Positions 11,262 to 21,438 of a DNA stretch of 64,000 nt are shown in pieces. The position numbers were made by a program, and so were the translations under genes. Each line of letters opens with the position of its first letter. Position 1 is the stretch's first letter. Below the pieces are notes generated by a model. The model saw only the letters and a list, made by a program, of their open reading frames with translations. It was not told where the DNA came from and ran no database searches. Source of the stretch: an uncultured Chroococcidiopsis sp. (lineage in GTDB: Bacteria > Cyanobacteriota > Cyanobacteriia > Cyanobacteriales > Chroococcidiopsidaceae); contig CAXTYC010000003.1 in the NCBI GenBank assembly GCA_964248365.1, forward strand, positions 128,001 to 192,000, in the 5' to 3' direction.

Positions 11262-12674
11262 TCAAGTTAAATGTCTAAAGACAATCTTGAGTAAATCGGG
11301 TTGAGTAAAAGGTTTAGTTAAATACCCAGATGCTCCGACAATTCTAGCTTTAACTCGGTTGATGATTCCCGTGTTAGCTGTCACCATAATAATCGGTGTA
11401 CTCTTAAACAGAGAATGATTTCTAAGTAAGCGACACAGTTCGTATCCATCTATGCCTGCCATATTAACATCAAGTAAAATTAGGTCAGGCTTAATTTTAA
11501 TAATTTGCATTAAAGCTTTCACCGGATTGCTGATTGTAGAAACTGAAAACATATCGTCTTCTAAACAACGGTTAAGCTCTTGCAAAATTGCTGGACTATC
11601 ATCTACACAAACAATCTTGTATGTGCTTTGTGTTACTGGTTCGGGAATATTAACAGGTGGGTTAGATGTTGTTTGGGTAGGGTAACTAATCGGTACACTC
11701 GTTTGAGTCTTTGGATTTTCTTGTACTTTTTCTGGCGATTGGGGTTGAGAAGTTTTCTCTAAATTTCTGGGAGGAAATTGGATTGATTGATTAGAATTAA
11801 ATTTTCTAGGTGGCGGAATTTCTACCCGCTGGTTATCATCATTGCTAACTAAAAATTCCGAGATATCAGCTTTAATAGTAGGAGTATTATTATCCCCCGA
11901 TAGCTCAAATGTTTTTGGTAACTGGTCGAAGGGTGGATACGGATCTTGCAATAAAATAGTACCAGCTACTATGTATTGGTGCAAGCTTTGAGCGAGTTGG
12001 AGTTCATCTTGATTTAAGAGAACTGCTAAATGGCGAAAACTGAAACCTTTAAGAATAGCGCTCAGCTTTTGTTGAATTTCTGGGGGAACTTGTTGCTCTG
12101 TACGGTGACGATTTGAAAAATAGAGACGTTGGTAAGGCGACCAAACTTGCGGTGCTAAAGATCTCCACGCTTGTAGTCGCTTTTGAGAGCGAGCAACTAT
12201 CGGTTGAAAATCAAGCTGACAAAAGGCTTGACCTTCATTCATGTTTTTTTCTAGTTCGTATGTGCCTGATTTGACTGGCAAAAATGATTCAATTACTTCG
12301 TGAACCAATTGAGTAATTAATTCGGCTGCTTGAGAAGAATTCAAATACTGATGATTGACTAACCAACCAATAGCCTGATACTCAGGATTGGGTATGGAAT
12401 GATTTTCCGAGTCTGATTCAAATATTAAACTAAGCTGCGCCCTAATTTCACTAGTAATTGCAGGAATCTGATGGCTGAGGCGGTGTAAATGACAATCGAG
12501 CCGATCAAATGGAGCAATTGAATGTGCAGCGTAGGTAATTTTTCCTTTTTCCAGATAGATCGACCAAGTAACAGACCCACTAGTTACTTGCAAATGAGCG
12601 CTATCATAGCAATCGGATAAGTGAGCTAGTAAACTCAGGGGACTTAATTTTTGGAAGGTTCCACAGCTAGCCAT
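11262..12674 (-). CDS. PatA-family response regulator (PATAN + REC), PixG-like
   Basis: PATAN-type N-terminus (WSIYLEKGKITYA), low-complexity linker, REC VCVDDS...ILLDVNM...TKPF. Confidence 0.88.
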   Translation of the reverse strand: MASCGTFQKLSPLSLLAHLSDCYDSAHLQVTSGSVTWSIYLEKGKITYAAHSIAPFDRLDCHLHRLSHQIPAITSEIRAQLSLIFESDSENHSIPNPEYQAIGWLVNHQYLNSSQAAELITQLVHEVIESFLPVKSGTYELEKNMNEGQAFCQLDFQPIVARSQKRLQAWRSLAPQVWSPYQRLYFSNRHRTEQQVPPEIQQKLSAILKGFSFRHLAVLLNQDELQLAQSLHQYIVAGTILLQDPYPPFDQLPKTFELSGDNNTPTIKADISEFLVSNDDNQRVEIPPPRKFNSNQSIQFPPRNLEKTSQPQSPEKVQENPKTQTSVPISYPTQTTSNPPVNIPEPVTQSTYKIVCVDDSPAILQELNRCLEDDMFSVSTISNPVKALMQIIKIKPDLILLDVNMAGIDGYELCRLLRNHSLFKSTPIIMVTANTGIINRVKARIVGASGYLTKPFTQPDLLKIVFRHLT

Positions 12675-13354
12675 TTAGCACTTAAACCTTTGAAGAAAAC
12701 TTAGAATAATTTGAAGAAGCTTTGAAGTTAATTTTTATATTTATTAATTGCTTGCGCAAAAGCTATATTAAATGAAAAACTCTACTTCATGGCTCGTACT
12801 CCTGCTCAAAACTTAAGTGCCAAACGTTACGTTAAGTAATTTTTCTTGAATATAGCGCAATTTATCAGAATTAACCATCTCGTTTACAGTTTTTTTAGTC
12901 GATCGCCCGATTGGGGATGGGATGGGGAATGATTCAAGGATAGCTCTCTTTTTAGGCTGTAGTACTTTATCTGAGGGCATTCTAGCCTTATAATTAAAAA
13001 TGTGCATTTTTTTCTGGAATAGCTCTGATTATTGTTGTTTAGTTTGTCAGATGTATAAAAATTTGATTTTTGGATGTAATATTATCTAAGACTATCTAGC
13101 CCAGTTAGCCGTTTTAATTTTAGCGATATATTTATTGTTAATAATGTTGAACTTAAGCTCTTTTTTTTGTATTCAGATAAATTCAGTTTAGGTTTGCTGC
13201 TATTGGCGGTAAATCAAACCATCGATAGCATGACCAGGGTTCGCTGAATTATCATAGATAAAATACTATTTATGCAAGCAGCTGGTCTACCCAGTTAATT
13301 GGTGATTAAAAGCTACATCAATTAAACTCGCCTATCTCCCATCTAAAGTTAGAT

Positions 13355-14032
13355 ATGTCTGACCAATTTCAACTTGACGAAGCGGTAGAGTTTGCCGAAA
13401 ATCCAGAAGCTCGATGTCCTTGTGTTCTTTTACTAGATACTTCTGGCTCTATGCAAGGTACACCTATTGATGCTTTAAATGAAGGGCTGCGCGGGTTTAA
13501 AGAGGACTTGATGAAAAACTCCCTGGCTTCTCGACGGGTGGAGGTAGCACTGGTTACTTTTGACAGTGATGTAAAAGTAGTGCATGAATTTGTAACTGCT
13601 GACACTTTTGAGCCTCCAACATTAACCGCCCAGGGATTAACTTGTTTAGGTTCAGGAATTCATCTTGCCTTGGATATAATTCAAAAACGCAAAGCATTAT
13701 ACCGCGCCAATGGAGTGGCGTATTATCGTCCCTGGATATTTATGGTTACTGACGGAGAGCCGCAAGGAGAGCCAGAGCCAATCATTGAGCAGGTAAAGCA
13801 ACGCATTAAAGAAGATGAAGCGAACAAGCGAGTGGCTTTTTTCTGTGTGGGGGTGGAAAATGCTAACCTAAACCGTTTAAGTCAAATTTCTGTGCGTACT
13901 CCGCTAAAGCTCAAAGGACTAGACTTTACCGAAATGTTCCTCTGGCTTTCAGCTAGTATGGCAGCAGTTTCCCACTCTATGGTAGATGAGCAGGTAGCAC
14001 TGCCACCAGTAGGATGGGGAGTTGTGCAGTGA
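13355..14032 (+). CDS. TerY-type vWA domain protein (YegL-like)
   Basis: FAENPEARCPCVLLLDTSGSM with intact MIDAS; YYRPWIFMVTDGEP. Confidence 0.9.
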   Translation: MSDQFQLDEAVEFAENPEARCPCVLLLDTSGSMQGTPIDALNEGLRGFKEDLMKNSLASRRVEVALVTFDSDVKVVHEFVTADTFEPPTLTAQGLTCLGSGIHLALDIIQKRKALYRANGVAYYRPWIFMVTDGEPQGEPEPIIEQVKQRIKEDEANKRVAFFCVGVENANLNRLSQISVRTPLKLKGLDFTEMFLWLSASMAAVSHSMVDEQVALPPVGWGVVQ

Positions 14033-14212
14033 CTTGCACGACAAACAAATATTATCTGTTATGGCAGCAGGGGGGAGCAAAAAAACAAGCTGGTTAATTG
14101 ACGTAATAATACATATCATCGTAAACCGAAGTTGTATTAAAAAGCGATACACTTTTTGAAAAATTTCTATTTTGCCTACAAAGGGCGAGGTATGCAGAAG
14201 GGATGGGCATGA

Positions 14213-15034
14213 ATGCGTAACAATACCGAAGATGAACTGTATCAAAAAGGACGGTTGAATACTTATCAACAGTTACGGCAGTGGCGAGTAGGAGCAGCGT
14301 CAGTTCGTGGCACAAGTCATGAAAAAGTTGGACAACTTTGTCAAGATGCTCACCACTGGCAAAAGTTGCCCGACTCAGTTTTAGTAACTGCGGTAGGAGA
14401 TGGTGCAGGTTCTGCATCTTTGGGCAAAGTCGGAGCAATTGTTGCTACACAAACAGCAGTAGAAACTATTTGTGCCGAAGAGTCTAGGCTGTACTACACG
14501 AATGATGAACAAGGATGGCAAGAAATTCTGACTGGGGCTTTGTCAGCGGCGAAAACAGCTGTAGAAGCTGAAGCCCTCGTGTGTGGTGTGACGGCGCGGG
14601 AATTAGCTACAACTTTGATTATAGTAGTAGCTACGCCCCAGTTAATTGCAGGTGTGCAGGTGGGTGATGGTTTAGCAGTGGCAAGCGATCGCAGTGGCAA
14701 TTTTTATTCCCTCACTTCGCCACAGCGAGGAGAATACATTAACGAAACTACTTTTCTTGTCTCTCCTAACGCCTTGGACACAGTAGAGGTTTCTTTGTGG
14801 CGTGGGGCAACGTCTCATATTGCAGTATTCTCGGATGGCTTGCAAATGCTGGCTGTGAACATGAACGATGGCACACCGTATGTGCCATTCTTTTCTCCGT
14901 TATTCGAGTTTATGGCAAACATTGAGGATGAGAATGAAGCCAAAGAGCAACTGGCAGCATTTCTGCGCTCTCCACGCATTACAGACCGAACTGACGATGA
15001 TTTAACACTTTTATTGGCGACACTTGTGAGTTGA
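14213..15034 (+). CDS. PP2C-family phosphatase (YegK-like)
   Basis: SVRGTSH..CQDA, GDGAGSA, VGDG, GEYINETTF, SDGLQ, TDDDLTL; start uncertain. Confidence 0.88.
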   Translation: MRNNTEDELYQKGRLNTYQQLRQWRVGAASVRGTSHEKVGQLCQDAHHWQKLPDSVLVTAVGDGAGSASLGKVGAIVATQTAVETICAEESRLYYTNDEQGWQEILTGALSAAKTAVEAEALVCGVTARELATTLIIVVATPQLIAGVQVGDGLAVASDRSGNFYSLTSPQRGEYINETTFLVSPNALDTVEVSLWRGATSHIAVFSDGLQMLAVNMNDGTPYVPFFSPLFEFMANIEDENEAKEQLAAFLRSPRITDRTDDDLTLLLATLVS

Positions 15035-15041
15035 TTTTGCC

Positions 15042-17159
15042 ATGCGGTTGCAACGTAAATCCAACCAACAAATTATTACCTTGGATCTCAACTCGACGCT
15101 CGGACATGGAGGAGAAGCCCGTGTCTTTGCCGTGCCGCCCGATGAGAAACTGGTAGCAAAGGTTTATCACAAACCCAAAGAAACTTATGCTCGCAAATTA
15201 TCTGCGATGCTTGCCAATCCACCGGAAAACCCGATGGCAGCACAAGGGCATATTTCAATCGCTTGGCCGATTGACTTGCTCCTGACAACGGACTCTAGCG
15301 CTCGTAGTGTCGGCTTTGTGATGCCGCGAGTCCAAGGAATGCGATCGCTACTAGACTTTTACAATCCCAAGACTCGCCGCCAAAAGTGTCCGTTTTTCAA
15401 CTATCTATATCTCATCCGCACCGCCCGAAACATTGCTGCTGCTATGGGAGCATTACACGCCAGGGGATACTGTGTGGGAGATGTCAACGAATCGAATATT
15501 CTTGTCAGTGACACCGCCCTAGTTACACTCGTAGATACAGACTCATTTCAGGTGCGCGATCTCCATACAGGTCAGATTTACCGCTGTGGGGTAGGAAAGC
15601 CAGAATTCACCCCGCCGGAACTCCAGGGCAAAAATTTTGGGCAGATAGATCGAGCGCCGGAACATGATTTATTTGGGTTAGCCGTCCTGATCTTTCAACT
15701 TTTGATGGAAGGCACGCACCCATTTTCCGGTATTTATCAAGGTACAGGCGACCCTCCGCCCTATGCTGCCCGAATTGCCTCTGGGCATTTTACCTACAGT
15801 CTAGCCCGTCGCGTACCCTACGTGCCAACACCAATTGCACCCAAGTGGGACATTTTGCATCCCACGTTGCGGCAACTGTTTGTGCATTGTTTTGAAGACG
15901 GTCACAACACCCCACAATCCCGCCCTAGCGCCCAGACTTGGCAAGCTGCGCTTAAGGAAGCAGAAAATGCCTTAGTTACTTGTAGTGTGAATAACCAGCA
16001 TCGCTACAGCAACCATCTCAAGGATTGTCCTTGGTGCGAACGTACCGTGAAACTAGGAGGGCGAGATCCATTTCCATCGTGGCAGGCAGTGCAAAAGCGT
16101 CAACACCTCCAACCCCTGCCGCCAAAGCGAACACCTGTATACAAGCAGTATAAAAGTCCTAGCCCTGCTTATTATTATCCCAGCACTGCCACTAAGCAAA
16201 CGCCTTTGTTATTAACGCTTCCCAGAAAGCACAGAAAGCTGACGAAAAAAAAGTTTAACTTATTGATGTTTGGTATATTTGGTTTTGGCTTTTTGGGCTT
16301 GTTAGAGTTATTTCTGATTTTTAACGATGTGGAGCTGCCTTTTGATAATAATTCTAAAGTTAGCTCAACAAATAATCCTCTCGATCAAGCTAGCTTGGCA
16401 ACTAAAAGTGGCGAGGGTTTTGTCGCTTACTACAATCAAGGCAATGCTTACTACAAAGTGGGAGACTACGAGGGAGCAATTGATAACTATAATCGTGCCA
16501 TCCAGCTCAGACCCAAAGATGCCCAAGCTTACTTGAATCGAGGTAACGCCCGCTATGAAGTGGCACAACATAGCGGAGATCCTGATAGCTTGTATAAGGC
16601 AGCAATTGATGACTTTAACAAGTCACTGCGTCTTAAACCGAATCAAGGGGAAGCTTTCTTAAGTCGTGGGATTGTGCGCTACGAAGTTGCACAATACAGC
16701 AAAAGCCCTGAGCAAGACCTCAGCCTAGCAATTAATGACTTTAATCAAGCTTTGAGCCTAAATCCCAAAGTGCCTAAAGCTTATGTAAAACGGGGAATTG
16801 TCCACTATAAGCTTGCACAATACAAAGGAGATTTGAATCAAGGCTACAAGGCAGCAATTGCGGATTTCAACCGAGCATTAACTCTCAATCCCCAGGAAGC
16901 AGAAGCTTATCTTAAGCGGGGAATTGTTCGTTATGAACTGGCACAATACAGCGGAAACCATGACCGCGCAGCCGTCGAAGATTTACAGACAGCAGCCAAA
17001 CTCTTTCTCAAGCAGGGCAATATAGAAGATTATCAACTAGCTTTAGGTAATATTTGTGTTGCCCTTGACAAAAATTGTGATTCATTCCTCAGAAATCCAG
17101 AAAAATTCATTTTGTCAGTACCCCAACCCCGTCCAGAAGAAGTTAAACAAGCCAATTAA
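15042..17159 (+). CDS. YegI-like Ser/Thr kinase with Zn-ribbon, one TM and C-terminal TPRs
   Basis: LGHGGEA, VAKVY, VGDVNESNILV, LVDTDSFQ, FTPPELQ; C..H..CPWC; TM LLMFGIFGFGFLGLLELFLIF; TPR repeats. Confidence 0.88.
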   Translation: MRLQRKSNQQIITLDLNSTLGHGGEARVFAVPPDEKLVAKVYHKPKETYARKLSAMLANPPENPMAAQGHISIAWPIDLLLTTDSSARSVGFVMPRVQGMRSLLDFYNPKTRRQKCPFFNYLYLIRTARNIAAAMGALHARGYCVGDVNESNILVSDTALVTLVDTDSFQVRDLHTGQIYRCGVGKPEFTPPELQGKNFGQIDRAPEHDLFGLAVLIFQLLMEGTHPFSGIYQGTGDPPPYAARIASGHFTYSLARRVPYVPTPIAPKWDILHPTLRQLFVHCFEDGHNTPQSRPSAQTWQAALKEAENALVTCSVNNQHRYSNHLKDCPWCERTVKLGGRDPFPSWQAVQKRQHLQPLPPKRTPVYKQYKSPSPAYYYPSTATKQTPLLLTLPRKHRKLTKKKFNLLMFGIFGFGFLGLLELFLIFNDVELPFDNNSKVSSTNNPLDQASLATKSGEGFVAYYNQGNAYYKVGDYEGAIDNYNRAIQLRPKDAQAYLNRGNARYEVAQHSGDPDSLYKAAIDDFNKSLRLKPNQGEAFLSRGIVRYEVAQYSKSPEQDLSLAINDFNQALSLNPKVPKAYVKRGIVHYKLAQYKGDLNQGYKAAIADFNRALTLNPQEAEAYLKRGIVRYELAQYSGNHDRAAVEDLQTAAKLFLKQGNIEDYQLALGNICVALDKNCDSFLRNPEKFILSVPQPRPEEVKQAN

Positions 17160-17177
17160 AGGGGCTAGGGGATGCTT

Positions 17178-17245
17178 GGATTAATGTCGCGCGCTCGTCG
17201 CATTCGCGCAGCGGGGTTCGCAGGCTAGACGCAAAAGCTAAGAAG
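17178..17245 (+). repeat. Dispersed GC-rich repeat family (ATTNATGTCGCGC...GACGC...GCTAAG)
   Basis: Related sequences at about 26433-26462, 33815-33890, 34504-34568 and 62226-62308. Confidence 0.6.
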
Positions 17246-17344
17246 TTTTTTAGTCTGTTGGTGTCCGAGCATCATAAGTGCGAATATTTGAGATTAATGA
17301 TTTACACAATTTTAACTGTTGCCAGTTCAAAACCAAATAGTGTG

Positions 17345-17727
17345 AAAGGTACAGTGTTTGCTGCAAGATATCCCCTAGCTGGAATTTTGTTATAACCTTG
17401 AGTTTGGTAAAAATTAATTGTGGCATTTTCACCAGAACGACCACTGGCATTTAATGCTTTCAATTCTTTAGTATTGGTATTATAAATGAGCCAAAAGTTG
17501 TCCCCTCCAATACTATCCATGTGGGGATAAACCACTGTTAAAGTAGTTGCCGCAGTAATAAGGAGGAGAAAGGCAAAAAAATGGCGCTCGTCAAACTAGA
17601 TAACTCGTGCCGCACAATCCTTCCGCCTTTTGCACGTCTGCCATTTTTTTATGTCCTTGTACTTAGCAGCTTCAACGGCATTTGCTCCCAGCTGGAGAAT
17701 CTCTAAAGCGGCTTGGGAAGCAAGATC
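17345..17727 (-). pseudogene. ggt: Gamma-glutamyltransferase N-terminal remnant interrupted by an insertion
   Basis: Removing the insert gives DLASQAALEILQLGANAVEAA-ITAATTLTVVYPHMDSIGGDNFWLIY...NASGRSG...RGYLAANTVP; similarity then stops. Confidence 0.85.
17561..17663. mobile_element. 103-bp MITE-like insertion with TA target duplication
   Basis: TA at 17559-60 and 17664-65; subterminal inverted AAAAAAATGGC / GCCATTTTTTT; removal restores GAA GCT GCT ATT ACT on the minus strand. Confidence 0.75.
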
Positions 17728-17790
17728 TAAAGAGGGTAGCCCTCATTTTTTAAGTCGTTTTTCCCAGGGAAGAAAAGGCTATAAAAACGC

Positions 17791-17815
17791 AAAAAGAGGG
17801 CTTAAAACCCTCTTT
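17791..17815 (-). terminator. Intrinsic terminator after tRNA-Glu
   Basis: Minus strand AAAGAGGG-ttttaag-CCCTCTTTTT. Confidence 0.7.
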
Positions 17816-17843
17816 CTTACGTTTTTGTAGGTATTTATCTTTA

Positions 17844-17916
17844 TACCCCCAGGGGAATTCGAATCCCCGTCGCCTCCGTGAAAGGGAGGTGTCCTAGGCC
17901 TCTAGACGATGGGGGC
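17844..17916 (-). tRNA. trnE: tRNA-Glu(UUC)
   Basis: GCCCCCATCGTCTAGAGGCCTAGGACACCTCCC-TTTCACG-GAGGCGACGGGGATTCGAATTCCCCTGGGGGTA; 73 nt cloverleaf, anticodon TTC, CCA not encoded. Confidence 0.97.
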
Positions 17917-18021
17917 ATCTGAAGCTCAACCTTTACTAGGGTAACTAATATAACTGGGTCTGTCAATACCTAAAGCAAAATAATTTTTTTGCCAGTTGTT
18001 TGCTGCTAGCAGCAAGCAAGC

Positions 18022-18300
18022 CTATGCTAAATCAGATGAGTTACGCAAACGCATTAGCTGGCGGCGCATTTGTGGAGAAGCGTCAAGCTCAGAAATCTCC
18101 TGAGTTTTGACGCTTGTGTGCAAGGGTTCCAGGTAATCATCAGATCCGGCTAGAAATGCATCAATCAGCAAGTCTAATAGCTTGTCGCGATCGCTTAAGG
18201 CGCATTTCTCCTCAATTAACCGAAATTTCAGGTTAATTTCGCACTCATAAACACTAATTTCTACCTTTTGATTTGGTTGTGATGCTGCGTCAGATTTCAT
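18022..18300 (-). CDS. Npun_R1517-family small regulator
   Basis: VYECEINLKFRLIEEK...SDDYLE...ASPQMRRQLMRLRN matches the family as recalled. Confidence 0.75.
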   Translation of the reverse strand: MKSDAASQPNQKVEISVYECEINLKFRLIEEKCALSDRDKLLDLLIDAFLAGSDDYLEPLHTSVKTQEISELDASPQMRRQLMRLRNSSDLA

Positions 18301-19259
18301 TGCTGCAAAAGTTTCCTAGGTTGGCGCTAAATTGAGAATGAGAATTTGTCTTCTAAAAAACGAAAGAGCTTTTTGAGCCAAAAGAATCAGCTTGGTTGAA
18401 GCTCCAGCTTTTGAATTGTGAAAGTGTTATTTGAAGAGTCATCTTCAAACAGCTTTACACAACGGCAAGCTGGCAACTGTGTGCTCTAACTTTCCTTCTG
18501 TATTTTTTTTACCAACTTTTTGTCAGCAAAGAAGCGCGTTAACATTCCTTCAGCTAACGTTTATCAGTTTGGTAAAAAGAGTTGTATTTGCATCTACTGG
18601 TATCGTCGGAGTCTCCTATATTCAGTAAATATCCTTTGCTTACCCAGGTTAGAATATCGAAATTCCAGTAGTAGATTAGACAGACAACTACTATTATTCA
18701 GTTTTTAAGATTGGATATAGTAAAGTTTGTGTAAGGAATTTGTAAGAGTTTCAAAAGATTTTTTTTCGACAACTTATATTACAGTTAGACACAGGTTTCC
18801 TTTGTTACGGTAAGGTTGTTAGCTTACCAGAGCTTACCAGACCCAAATAGGGAAAAGAAGTATCTGATTAGGGCATTGCTCAACCTTAAACTCACTACTC
18901 TAATAAGGAAACAGTATTTACCCGCAATTCAAAGATATGAACTGGCTACAGTCGAGCTAGCCCTTGAAGTGAGGAATGTTAAAAAAGACTCACCTGTTGA
19001 AGTATGTAGTCGGTTGTCGAAATGGACAACTCACCACTTGCCACAGCTATCCCAACTGGGTTTGAGAGGAGCATTAATAAAGTTGCGATCGCACACTTGC
19101 CGATCAATTACACTAGGAGTTTAGGATTAAGAATAGATCTGTTGCAAAAATCTATATTACCCAGAAGGTCTGCCACCCTTGCCCACCAAATTATGGAAGG
19201 TGGGCTTTTACTGCCCCGAAGGGGGCTTGTCAAGCTAAGACGTTTGGAGACTGCTACTG

Positions 19260-19802
19260 ATGACTACTTGTGTTCGTGGTGTAATTTTTGTTGTAGATGA
19301 CAACATTGATACTGATCAAATTATTCCAGCAGAGTATCTGACGCTCGTTCCCTCCAAACCCGACGAGTATGAAAAGCTAGGCAGTTATGCAATGGCTGGT
19401 TTACCTGAGCGCTACGGCTTGTTTGTACCAGCAGGAGAAATGAAAACACCCTACTCGATTATTGTGGCTGGGGAAAACTTTGGTTGTGGTTCTTCACGGG
19501 AACACGCACCAATCGCATTGGGTGCTTGCGGTGTAAAAGCTGTAGTTGCCCAATCTTACGCCCGAATATTTTTCCGTAATTGCGCCTCGACAGGAGAATT
19601 ATACCCTTGGGAGTCAGTCGAGCGGCTATGCGATCGCTTTAAAACAGGGCAAGAAGTTTCGATTGATTTTGACAACAATCAAATTATCAATCACACACTT
19701 GATCAGGTGTATAGCCTCAAGCCTCTAGGGGAAATTAAACCCGTAATCGATGCAGGCGGCATTTTTGCTTACGCTCGCCAAACTGGAATGATTGCTCGTT
19801 AG
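19260..19802 (+). CDS. leuD: 3-isopropylmalate dehydratase small subunit
   Basis: DNIDTDQIIP, GENFGCGSSREHAP, YARIFFRN. Confidence 0.95.
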   Translation: MTTCVRGVIFVVDDNIDTDQIIPAEYLTLVPSKPDEYEKLGSYAMAGLPERYGLFVPAGEMKTPYSIIVAGENFGCGSSREHAPIALGACGVKAVVAQSYARIFFRNCASTGELYPWESVERLCDRFKTGQEVSIDFDNNQIINHTLDQVYSLKPLGEIKPVIDAGGIFAYARQTGMIAR

Positions 19803-19803
19803 A

Positions 19804-19930
19804 TGAGGGGCTAGGGGCTAGAGGCGAGAGGAACCAGAGGAACCAGAGGCTAGAGGAACCAGAGGATTTTGGATTATAATTTCTCCCCCAGCTTCCCCAG
19901 CTCCCCCAGCTCTGTTTTCTCCTACTCCCT
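19804..19930. repeat. Short tandem repeat mosaic
   Basis: GGGGCTA and GAGGAACCA units then CCCCAGCT units. Confidence 0.8.
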
Positions 19931-19987
19931 CCACATAAGGGTTTAAAATGAACCCAGTGTGATTAATAAAAGTTAAATCATCCACTC

Positions 19988-20338
19988 ATGGAAGAGCAGC
20001 TACTCAAGTCTACAACCCGCCATATCCGCATTTTTTCCGCCGAAGTGAATGAGGATGGTGAACTTGTTCCAAGCGGGCAAGTTCTTACTTTGGATGTCGA
20101 TCCTGATAATGAATTTAACTGGAACGAAGACGCTCTACAAAAGGTTTATCAGAGGTTTGATGAACTGGTAGAGTCTCACAGTGGATCTGACTTAACAGAC
20201 TACAATTTGCGCCGCATTGGTTCAGATTTGGAACATTTCTTGCGATCGCTCTTACAAAGTGGTCAGATCAGCTATAACTTAAATGGTCGCGCACTCAACT
20301 ACAGCATGGGATTATCTCAAGTAGCTGTTGATGAGTAG
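19988..20338 (+). CDS. ndhM: NDH-1 subunit M
   Basis: [40 protein letters not shown]. Confidence 0.95.
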   Translation: MEEQLLKSTTRHIRIFSAEVNEDGELVPSGQVLTLDVDPDNEFNWNEDALQKVYQRFDELVESHSGSDLTDYNLRRIGSDLEHFLRSLLQSGQISYNLNGRALNYSMGLSQVAVDE

Positions 20339-20496
20339 CAATTAGCTTTTAGCTTTTAGCTATTAGCTAAAAGCTATCAGCAACACTCATTGATCCGCTC
20401 TTGTATTAAAGATCCCAAAAAGCTAGAAACAAAGAAGATCTACGCGCCAGCTAACAGCGCGCCAGCTAACCGTGCGCAGCTAATAGCTTTCTAATA

Positions 20497-20775
20497 CTAC
20501 CAAATTCGATTTCCGTCTTCGTCAACTCTTGCTTGCCGAATTACGTCAGAAATTTCTTCAGCATCTTTGACATGGTGGAGAGCTTTTTCTTCGCCGTCGG
20601 GTTCTTCCACCACGAAATAAGTTGGTACTTTAATGTGATCGCCTGTGATGTCAGGTGAGTCTACCGCTACTTGTTTTGCCTTTTCTTCTATAGATTGTGG
20701 TTCGTCAGCAATCACATCACCTGGGTTAACTGATTGATGAGTATCCAGTTTTTCGTAGTTGTTGTCCTTATTCAT
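20497..20775 (-). CDS. Small acidic hypothetical protein
   Basis: 92 aa, ATG start, globular-looking VPTYFVV..KALHHVKDAEEISDVIRQAR. Confidence 0.75.
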   Translation of the reverse strand: MNKDNNYEKLDTHQSVNPGDVIADEPQSIEEKAKQVAVDSPDITGDHIKVPTYFVVEEPDGEEKALHHVKDAEEISDVIRQARVDEDGNRIW

Positions 20776-21438
20776 AATTTTTGTAATGCCAACGGCAGTA
20801 TAGGAATCTTATCTGCTTAGAATAGAGAGTTAAATTTAGCGATCGCATCTTCCCCAGGTGGTAGTTTGTCGATTAAAAATTTTGATATAACGGTTGAAAC
20901 AGGGGGGAAAATTTCTAATAAAATTTAACTATTCAACCCAAAATATTATGTTGTTTATGATAGTTAGCCAACCCATATTTTTGCTCAATTAAAACAAATA
21001 AATCTAAATTATTATCGATTTGAGTAAGTTGATTGTGTGCTGCTCGATTAATTGAATCTGGATCAGGAGCCAGTAGGGGCGAATAGGTCGCCTGTACCTA
21101 GAGTGTGCTTGAGTGAGGCTTTAAAGGATAACTTGGGCTTGGGGAACAATATAATTACTCATTGACAATTTCTTATTCACAATTATCACTACACGGTTTG
21201 GGCATAGCAGGGTGATCGCCCCGAATACCAACTAATATCAAAATTAATAAATGCTCAAATTACACAGGGGCGATCGCACAATGGAAAAAGCGGCTGTTTA
21301 GAGCGACAAGGGCAGAAAAAAATTATGCATCAAGCAGCAAGACAGGGCTAGAAAAACAGGAATAATGAAGAAAAGGTTTAGATTACTGCTCTCGTCTGCC
21401 TTTTATAAGATTCAATATGGCTAATCGGTGCGCCAACT

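Noticed and set aside
12813..13007. 64-aa ORF between the PatA-like and vWA genes
   Set aside because: No motif or clear RBS; lies in an AT-rich divergent promoter region
17844..17916. tRNA-Glu as the attachment site of an integrated element
   Set aside because: No integrase and no second copy of the tRNA 3' end seen in the window
18584..18597. GTA-N8-TAC NtcA-like box
   Set aside because: No -10 box at the canonical spacing on either strand, and the 6-base pattern is expected by chance
18431..19300. Short ORFs in the spacer before leuD
   Set aside because: Mostly TTG starts, mutually overlapping, no recognisable motifs
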